From Gammaproteobacteria bacterium (lineage in GTDB: Bacteria > Pseudomonadota > Gammaproteobacteria > Legionellales > Legionellaceae), in assembly GCA_013289415.1 (NCBI GenBank), contig JABDAB010000002.1, positions 52,702 through 116,701 on the forward strand: DNA of 64,000 nucleotides. The letters run 5' to 3'. Shown piece after piece: positions 30,238 to 37,883 of the stretch; position 1 is the stretch's first letter; every line of letters starts with the position of its first letter. The position numbers and the translations under genes were made by a program. The notes below the pieces were generated by a model. The model did not search any database, was not told where the DNA came from, and saw nothing but the letters and a program-made list of their open reading frames with translations.

Positions 30238-32208
30238 CTACACCATCGATGCGAAACGTCGATCCGAACTGATGTCGTTCTGACCCAAACTTTCTTTAGT
30301 CTCAGGTTGCAAAAACGGTAACGTTGGCGATGGCGATGAAGTCAATTCTGAATTGAAATATATCTTTAACCGAACAAGAGTCCGGGCCAAATCCTGATCT
30401 TTTTCTTTACACGGATTGTCTTGAATCAGAGTTAATAGCTCAACCGTTTCATTATAGTTATTTTTCGATTTTGGCTGTTGGCTTAGAAGCACATCCATCA
30501 GTAATCGACAATGTCTATTTAATTTAAAACGACATTCCTGAGTGTCATGCAGCTTGATTGCACTGATAAGGACATCAATACTTTGATAATAGTTTTTTCC
30601 TGCTTCAACCAGACCCTCTGGCATCGACTTAAACTGGTCGGCTTTCTCGGAATAAACTGTCGCTTGAGTACAAAAATATTTTGCCAGTGCCGCTTTATCT
30701 TGTTGCTTGAACTCGCTCACAGGCAAATTTTTCTGTTGCCTGTCTGCAAAATTTTTCCATGCACTGTCCCACTCCAGCTTCCGTACCTGTTCAGCAAACC
30801 TGAAACTGGCTGCTGTTTCTGAATGATCTTCAATGCTTGGGTCCAGGCGTTTTGCAAGACCAAGAACAGTGCTTTTTGTGTGTGCAAACAAGCGGAATGG
30901 TTCATTATATAGTTTAAAAACATTCATGGTAAATGTTGGTTGAGACGCAACTTTTTCGGCAAACGATCTACGGAGTTCGTTGTCGTCAGGCAACATTTGC
31001 ACTAACTCCAGATTATCATTAAGGTATTGAAACGCTAGGCCGTGATTGATAAGGTATAATCGCTCAATCAACTTAATTGCCTGAGCATTCGCATTTTTAA
31101 GTAATGCCATGTCGATATACACGGTTAAATCCTGGTCTTCTATAAGCGTTGGTTTATCAGTCAAAATTCGGTAGCCGATTGTTCTGTTGTCCATATTTTT
31201 CGGGTAAGTCACGACCTCAGCATACATGTGCTTCAACCAGTTACTTAACAGTTCATCATTTTTTTCAATGACAGAATATGCACTATCATTATTTAAAAAA
31301 TATTTTTTTAAATAAGGGAATGCAAGGTCATTATCCAATTTTTTGATGATTGCATAGGCTTTGTTATAATAATCTGCTTCATTATCAAACGGTGTTTGTT
31401 CTGCCATCAAGAAATATAGACGTACAAAGAAGGAACTATTTTCATCTAATAAAGATGGACGAAAAACCAATAAAATTTCGGTGTCACGATATAGTGCAGC
31501 TAATGCAAGCTTGTAATCATTTTCAACTGTTTTGTTTTGCATTTCATCCATATTGTTGATCAGTTTTTTCATTTTTTCTTCAATCAATAATTCACGTAAT
31601 ACTGACCCAGGTAACGTATGCTTAATAGAAAGATCCTGGCAAGCATCGAGTGTTGGATTTTGAGGATCAAGTCTTGCAAAGGTTTCCAAACTATCGCCTG
31701 TGAGATAACTGTCTCCAAAAGAATGTTCAACCTTAAGCGGCATGGCGTGATTCCAGCCACGTAACACCGCGCTGTTCTCGTTATAAAATGTAATCAGTGC
31801 ATCCTGCAAGACGGATGAACTGTTATTATTACGGGGTTGTTGGCAAGCAGTAAGAAAATCCACTGATAATGGATAAACCTTCAGGAACTCTGGGGATAAG
31901 TTTACTGTTTTCATGTGATTGAAACCATTTAAATATCCAAAATACAATAATTTTTGCATTGCCATTTGAATCCTGACAGGATGGCAATGATCTTCTGCGT
32001 ACCCTACTCCCGCCTTAATTTGTTTCCATGTATGCATGTTCCAGTTGACTGACTTGAGTAACATATCTTTTGTAACCAAATAATGGATTGATGACTTAAG
32101 CATTGACCAATGCTGTTGATATTCTTCCTTTATTAATTTGAAATTAAAAACATCGGGATACATCCACCAGTCGGCTCTATTATTATTGGGCATTTGTAAG
32201 GACGGCAT
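30238..32208 (-). CDS. Hypothetical 656-aa protein (effector candidate; no recognisable domain)
   Basis: A long uninterrupted ORF in an AT-rich islet with a helical-looking composition. No motif was recognised by eye. Confidence 0.6.
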   Translation of the reverse strand: MPSLQMPNNNRADWWMYPDVFNFKLIKEEYQQHWSMLKSSIHYLVTKDMLLKSVNWNMHTWKQIKAGVGYAEDHCHPVRIQMAMQKLLYFGYLNGFNHMKTVNLSPEFLKVYPLSVDFLTACQQPRNNNSSSVLQDALITFYNENSAVLRGWNHAMPLKVEHSFGDSYLTGDSLETFARLDPQNPTLDACQDLSIKHTLPGSVLRELLIEEKMKKLINNMDEMQNKTVENDYKLALAALYRDTEILLVFRPSLLDENSSFFVRLYFLMAEQTPFDNEADYYNKAYAIIKKLDNDLAFPYLKKYFLNNDSAYSVIEKNDELLSNWLKHMYAEVVTYPKNMDNRTIGYRILTDKPTLIEDQDLTVYIDMALLKNANAQAIKLIERLYLINHGLAFQYLNDNLELVQMLPDDNELRRSFAEKVASQPTFTMNVFKLYNEPFRLFAHTKSTVLGLAKRLDPSIEDHSETAASFRFAEQVRKLEWDSAWKNFADRQQKNLPVSEFKQQDKAALAKYFCTQATVYSEKADQFKSMPEGLVEAGKNYYQSIDVLISAIKLHDTQECRFKLNRHCRLLMDVLLSQQPKSKNNYNETVELLTLIQDNPCKEKDQDLARTLVRLKIYFNSELTSSPSPTLPFLQPETKESLGQNDISSDRRFASMV

Positions 32209-32357
32209 AATTTGTTACATTCTCATTTAATGAATGGATGTCAAATTATACACGATAATATTTCATCATGCTTCTCTAAAAGGCATGTGGACAGCCCTAT
32301 TTAGGAATTGATTTCCACTCTCTAGTGTATTAAAATTTGACTTTTTTGAGGAACTCC

Positions 32358-33209
32358 ATGAGTTTTTTTGGCTGGATTGGGAGCAAAAGAATCAAAATTT
32401 TGCACAAAAACTCTTGTACGATGCAATTGGAAACAATCGCTGACAACGTCGATTTCACACGCGAGGACGATGGATTGACGGTGATTAATGTGTCTGTAGG
32501 ACGCAATGTCAAATTATCCATTTGTGACAACAGTAGTTTAAGAATCATAGGGAATATTGGCCGTGGCTGTAATATTGTAAAAGAAGGTAATGGGACGTTG
32601 ACTATTGAGGGTATCGTAGCGGATGATTTAAAATTAGTTGCCTACGGCCAAGGCTCAATCATTTTTACGCACCAACCTTCCCAGTTCGTCATTAGTGCAA
32701 TCAAAAATCCATGTGGAACACCAATCATCTGCGCGGGAACACGTTTACCAACACTTGACCATGGATATAGTCATCACAATCTTGGTGTGGTTGCTGCAAG
32801 GCGACCCGAGCAGCATGTACCAGCACCCTTAGTTTCTGCGGTAAAAAATACAGAAAAGCAATATTCAAAGCTCACTGAAGATTATATTGAAAGCTACAAA
32901 AAGCAGAAAACAATAGCTACTCGTATTGCTGAGTTAGAATTAACTGAAGAAGAAACTCTATTATTTACAAGTTTTATTGAGCCCATTATGATGGAATACT
33001 TCGACGATACGCCAGTGATGTATAATGAAAGGTACTTTAATTTAAGCACACTGTTAAAAAGTAAAATAGATCCTTTGACAGGTGTGCCACTGGTATTTTC
33101 AGATATTCAACCTGCCCGTACACTATTAAACAATTTGGATGATGTGATCAACGCACTCCAAATAAAACGTGATGCAGCAAATTCGACATTGGACAAAAGA
33201 ATCTGTTGA
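32358..33209 (+). CDS. U-box-like domain protein with a beta-solenoid-like N-terminal region (effector candidate)
   Basis: GAGGA lies 6 nt upstream of the ATG at 32358. The C-terminal FIEPIMMEYFDDTPVMYNERYFNLSTLLKSKIDPLTGVPLVFSDIQPARTLLNNLDDVI follows the U-box spacing (compare CHIP ...[24 protein letters not shown]). Confidence 0.6.
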   Translation: MSFFGWIGSKRIKILHKNSCTMQLETIADNVDFTREDDGLTVINVSVGRNVKLSICDNSSLRIIGNIGRGCNIVKEGNGTLTIEGIVADDLKLVAYGQGSIIFTHQPSQFVISAIKNPCGTPIICAGTRLPTLDHGYSHHNLGVVAARRPEQHVPAPLVSAVKNTEKQYSKLTEDYIESYKKQKTIATRIAELELTEEETLLFTSFIEPIMMEYFDDTPVMYNERYFNLSTLLKSKIDPLTGVPLVFSDIQPARTLLNNLDDVINALQIKRDAANSTLDKRIC

Positions 33210-33226
33210 CAATTCATCGTTCGAAG

Positions 33227-33292
33227 TCGAGATCTCAATTATTTGGACAAGCTACATGCGTGTTTTTGCATGTGGCTTTGTCCAAACTCCAA
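33227..33292. repeat. Family-A palindromic repeat, copy 2
   Basis: TCGAGATCTCAATTATTTGGACAAGCTACATGCGTGTTTTTGCATGTGGCTTTGTCCAAACTCCAA is nearly identical to 61978-62043. Its core is shared with 5011-5062. Confidence 0.8.
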
Positions 33293-36200
33293 AATAGGTC
33301 TAACAAAATCTTCACCAGGAATTTTCTCTTTAACACGTTTCAAAGCATGTTGCATGGTAACAGAGTATCTACATAATGCAGCAATAGGCACATTTTTAGC
33401 TTTATCTTGGCCTGTGGACGTTATTTTTACATCCTTATTTTGGCAAATGAGTCGCAATAATTTTTGCATTCCTGTACTCCGAATATATTCCTGTTCGGGT
33501 TGTAATGTTTCTAACACATGTAAAATATGTTGACAACGCCATGCGGCTTCATCAAAAGAATGAGATTTCCCGACAACTTGAGCCAGTAATACACGAACCC
33601 CATGCCGATGCGTCGTTAAATGATTTAACCATTGCAGGATAGCCTGCGACTGTTTTAGAGGGTTCTCGTCATTAGTCCATGTGATCTTCTCCAACAAAAG
33701 ATTCACAAACCCATTCATAGTAACATTCACCCATTCGTGCAAAGGACTGCCTATACAATACTCCCGTTGTATTTTCATGGCCGTCTCATAAAAGGCATCA
33801 AATGCTGTTGCGCTATTAGAATTTTCCAATCCTGTTTCGTAGAATTTAGCCAGTATTTCAACGTCTGGATGATAAGATGGTGCCATTTGTTTTTTGATCT
33901 CATCAATAATAGATTGCACGAGATTCATAGGTAAAAGCTGATGATGCCATTCCCGTTGGATAAACTGAGTTAATTTTAAATGCTCGCGTGCTTTAATACT
34001 CAATGAGGAATCTTTGCGCGCACTCATATGCAATCGCTCTAATATGATATCCTGGGCTCTTGCCGAGGCTATCGTTTTATAACAGATGGAGCATTTTAAA
34101 AGAAATTCTTTTGATGCTTGATCCAATTCATAATCATCCAGTATTCGTTTTTCGTGTCCTGGTTTGGATAACAGCTCATGCAAAACCTCTTTCATACTAT
34201 CGGGTAGCTCTGAAACGATGACCGCTAAAGTATGTCGATTCAATTGATTTCCAAATCGGTCGATATTACAAGCCAGTAAAGCCTCTAATCCCCACTGGAT
34301 ATCGAGTGCATTATTTATCCATGTTTGTATTTTGCGTAATCCTTGTTCTTTTTCTTTTAGTTTCATGAGCGCGGCACCATGAAAACGATACTGCGCAAGA
34401 TCATGCCTTTTGATCTCAGGCTCACTCACATAGTAATCGACCAAAGAAGTCAGCGCTTTGTCTTGTGGATATTTCAATTTATATTTGTCAACTACTGCCT
34501 GAATCACTTCTTTAGTCGCTTTTTCACCATTTGGTGCGGTTAAGCATTCGTACAGTGCGTAAATCAATATACTATCTATTTGCAAAGCATATTGATTAAT
34601 AATATCTTGCAATCGTTTATTATTGATCCCAACCGAAATGATTGGCTCAAATAATCCTCGCCATGTTGAGGGTTCTAATGGAAACGTTTCCAATAAGATT
34701 TTTTTATACTGCGCTTCTTTTGTTTCTCGCTTTGACAATAAAGATGGATGAACCTTTTTCACATGCGCCAGCAACAGCGTAATTAATTCATCTTGAGATG
34801 ATTCATGGTTATTCGCTGCCATAAGTTGTAGCAAGTGATCACGAAGGCACATCATCGCTTCAACACACAACCCAGGCTCGTTACTGGGAGCTGACGATAT
34901 AGCTAGAACATGAGAGGCTTTTTGTTGTGGTTTTAATGAATGAAACCAACCCGTATAAACAGCTGTTGGTATTGAGCTCAAGGTATGGGTTACGCCCAAA
35001 CCAATACCATACATAAACCCTCTCATGCCAGACAAAATCGTCTTAAGTATGTTGTATTCTTCATGGGTGCAATAGGTTTGATAGCCTGCAATAAACACTT
35101 GAGATACAGGTTGCGTTACCAAACTGAACGGCGTTTTATTGCGATGGATGAGCGCTAAAATAGCGCCTCCTGTTTTTATCGCTTTATCTAGCAGGGTTTC
35201 ACGAATTGATGGCCTAACCATTTGACTTCCATCCAGGTCTCGATAACCAGAAGGGAAATTAGTTGCATGCCGTCGGCTATAAAAATCTCTTCCCACATCT
35301 GGAGATGGACCTTGATATTTTAAGGCATCATGCATTAATCCAGGTGAGACTTTGGGTGAAATATTGGCTGCTTTATATTTCTGATTCAGATCAGCAAAAT
35401 AACCTTTTATTTCGGGCAATGCCAATAAAGTTTTAACATGCATTCGAGCTTGCTGCGCTACTTTTTCTGCCACTTGATCACAAGGATGGGGATAAAAAAA
35501 GTCGGTTAATTCTCGCAGATACTGCAAAATAAAATCATAATATTGTGAGTTTTTTACGTCTTGTAGCGGTTTAAGTGTAGTGAGATCTCTAAGCAAACGC
35601 TCACACGTGGCACGATTCTTAGGCTCAAATGCATCAGGTGAGGTAGTCAACTCGACAAAATAATAGTGCAAGTCAGTATCGTGTTTGGTTGAGGAGTACA
35701 AGCTATAAATTAGCTCTTTAAATAGGGAAAAGAAAACGTGATAACAAACGGCCGCTGAGCGGCCTGGATCGTTCAATGCCTTATCCAGCGCTTGCCATTT
35801 ACGCTTAATTGCCGGATTAGTATGACTTGGCAATACTGGAGTCGCTCTATCAATAGGCGGTAAAAATCGAGTTGCAATAGCAAAATAATAAGCACTAAAT
35901 GCCGGGCAATATGTCATTAAACGGGATGATTGCAACATCCGCACCACAAATGAAGCGCAAAGCTCTACCTGGTTAAAATTCTTGTCAAAGTTTTTTGGAA
36001 TCACTCCGATAAAAGGTATAAAGACGTCATCCGATTCGTAAATGATTTGGCCATAAAAAGCATCTGGTAAAAATTCATCAGGTCCAATGGGATTATAAAC
36101 GATATGCCCGCGCATACTGGTAGAAGAGCTTTGCGCATACTGCAATTGCAGAGGCCATAATGGATTGGCGACGGAAAGAGATTGAAAACAATCACCAGAA

Positions 36201-37876
36201 CCAATATCCCTTGGAAATGGTTCCACGACTAGTGAACCGGCTTGCCGGAACATAGGCGTTTGTTTGTAATCCCCTTTTTTAGTTTTAAAATAGGTACCTT
36301 GCGGATCTTGTTGATAAAAAGAATCGATGTGTTGCATGCCATCGTCTGCATAGTTGACTACATAATGCCGGCGATACCGTGTATAGGTTTCATTTTCAAA
36401 ATATGCGGGCTCAGGAAAAAGACCCGTGACTAAATTATCAACCAGGGCATTGTAAAGCGTGTCAGCATATTCAGAGGGTTGCAGTTGCGTCATGTATTCA
36501 AAGCTGGATAAAAGCGCCTCAAGCTCATATTTAACGCCAATCATTGCATTCATATGAGCCTCAGCAGGCCCCTGTCGATGGGTACTTAACTGTCTAAAAT
36601 GAGAAGCCCATTCGGCGTCATTTAATCGAAACGCGTCTGCTCCTGCCTCATTGGAATCACTGACCACGCCACCCCAGTTGGCCCCTATCCCTAATGATTG
36701 CCCTCGATTATATTGAAATCTTTGTAAAAACCTAATTAAATATCGGCTGATAAAGGGTAAATAAGATGCCTCAATCGTTATGGAAGCTTGCTTGCACGAT
36801 TCTTGTAAAATGCCAAGAACCATGTCTTCATTTAATGTATTTAATATAGTCTTTGGAGTTAAAAAAGGACTGACGTAGCACTCATAAGAGGATTCACAAA
36901 AGGAAGTTTTTAGTGTCATAAATTCAACACCCAGCTGTTCCAATACAATTTGTAACCAATCAAAAAAATCATCATTAAGTGGTAAAGCGATGAACTGAGA
37001 TAATTGACGTCGAATGTTGCTTTGCCATTGTTTCCAAGGTAAAAAATCAGGAATATTCTTGGCTAGTGCGTCTGCATGCCCGCCTGGCTTTAAAGCAAAT
37101 CCGTTAATTAATAGATAAATGCTTGGGTCAATCTTTCCTGCTTCATTAATTGTGTAATCAAACGTTGAAGTAAACGGTTGTATGTCAGTTTGTTTGTTAG
37201 CTGAAATTGCTTGGCTAATATTATCTACTGGTTGGGTAGGGAGTGGCGCTAATTGCTCGTAACTGGATTGTTTTGTATTGACAACGGGTGATAGCAGGTA
37301 AGGAAAAGTAGCTAAAAGCTTTTCTATAGGACTTACTGACCAAGAGCTCATCGCTTTTAATAATTGCCACAAGCTATGAATGTTGCATCCCATGTAATGT
37401 TTTTTGATGGCATCCAAAATATCTTGCCAGGCTTTTTCTAATGAAGAAGAGTCCAGTATTTGCGCGAATCCATCATGACGTGGGGTGTAATATGCCTCAA
37501 TATGCGCGTTGAATTGATTAATCTTACGATTGATTTCTTTACTGTGAATAGGGTATTCACCTAAGAAATTGGGTAAGCGGTGTTTGAACGGTGTCATGTG
37601 ATTACATGAGCTTTCTTGCAATTGAGCGACCAATGCCAAAGCTTGTTCTATTGGAGTTGTAGAAGGACTTGGCCCTTGGTATTGTTTTTGCAAACGCTCT
37701 CGTAGTTGTTGAACAGAGGCATCATCACTTAATATGTCCAATAAAAAGTAAGCACGCGATTGCGTGTGTAAATTCAACTGCTCACGCATAACGCGTGGCA
37801 GCTGTGTTCTTAATTTTTTTAGTAATGCAATGCTATCAGAAAGATCTCCGAATGCACTGCCTGACTTATATTTCAT
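33239..37876 (-). CDS. Hypothetical giant protein (~1545 aa), third gene of the orphan operon
   Basis: Uninterrupted 4.6-kb ORF. The Met at 37876 lies 7 nt after the upstream stop, and the longest ORF reaches 37927. No family was recognised. The last ~17 codons lie in the family-A repeat. Confidence 0.7.
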   Translation of the reverse strand: MKYKSGSAFGDLSDSIALLKKLRTQLPRVMREQLNLHTQSRAYFLLDILSDDASVQQLRERLQKQYQGPSPSTTPIEQALALVAQLQESSCNHMTPFKHRLPNFLGEYPIHSKEINRKINQFNAHIEAYYTPRHDGFAQILDSSSLEKAWQDILDAIKKHYMGCNIHSLWQLLKAMSSWSVSPIEKLLATFPYLLSPVVNTKQSSYEQLAPLPTQPVDNISQAISANKQTDIQPFTSTFDYTINEAGKIDPSIYLLINGFALKPGGHADALAKNIPDFLPWKQWQSNIRRQLSQFIALPLNDDFFDWLQIVLEQLGVEFMTLKTSFCESSYECYVSPFLTPKTILNTLNEDMVLGILQESCKQASITIEASYLPFISRYLIRFLQRFQYNRGQSLGIGANWGGVVSDSNEAGADAFRLNDAEWASHFRQLSTHRQGPAEAHMNAMIGVKYELEALLSSFEYMTQLQPSEYADTLYNALVDNLVTGLFPEPAYFENETYTRYRRHYVVNYADDGMQHIDSFYQQDPQGTYFKTKKGDYKQTPMFRQAGSLVVEPFPRDIGSGDCFQSLSVANPLWPLQLQYAQSSSTSMRGHIVYNPIGPDEFLPDAFYGQIIYESDDVFIPFIGVIPKNFDKNFNQVELCASFVVRMLQSSRLMTYCPAFSAYYFAIATRFLPPIDRATPVLPSHTNPAIKRKWQALDKALNDPGRSAAVCYHVFFSLFKELIYSLYSSTKHDTDLHYYFVELTTSPDAFEPKNRATCERLLRDLTTLKPLQDVKNSQYYDFILQYLRELTDFFYPHPCDQVAEKVAQQARMHVKTLLALPEIKGYFADLNQKYKAANISPKVSPGLMHDALKYQGPSPDVGRDFYSRRHATNFPSGYRDLDGSQMVRPSIRETLLDKAIKTGGAILALIHRNKTPFSLVTQPVSQVFIAGYQTYCTHEEYNILKTILSGMRGFMYGIGLGVTHTLSSIPTAVYTGWFHSLKPQQKASHVLAISSAPSNEPGLCVEAMMCLRDHLLQLMAANNHESSQDELITLLLAHVKKVHPSLLSKRETKEAQYKKILLETFPLEPSTWRGLFEPIISVGINNKRLQDIINQYALQIDSILIYALYECLTAPNGEKATKEVIQAVVDKYKLKYPQDKALTSLVDYYVSEPEIKRHDLAQYRFHGAALMKLKEKEQGLRKIQTWINNALDIQWGLEALLACNIDRFGNQLNRHTLAVIVSELPDSMKEVLHELLSKPGHEKRILDDYELDQASKEFLLKCSICYKTIASARAQDIILERLHMSARKDSSLSIKAREHLKLTQFIQREWHHQLLPMNLVQSIIDEIKKQMAPSYHPDVEILAKFYETGLENSNSATAFDAFYETAMKIQREYCIGSPLHEWVNVTMNGFVNLLLEKITWTNDENPLKQSQAILQWLNHLTTHRHGVRVLLAQVVGKSHSFDEAAWRCQHILHVLETLQPEQEYIRSTGMQKLLRLICQNKDVKITSTGQDKAKNVPIAALCRYSVTMQHALKRVKEKIPGEDFVRPILEFGQSHMQKHACSLSK

Positions 37877-37883
37877 CTTGAAT

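Noticed and set aside
30115-30321. 68-aa ORF starting MGEGVLTELL
   Set aside because: It starts inside the right inverted-repeat arm of the MITE-like element and overlaps the 3' end of the 656-aa gene on the other strand. It is a repeat-derived artefact.
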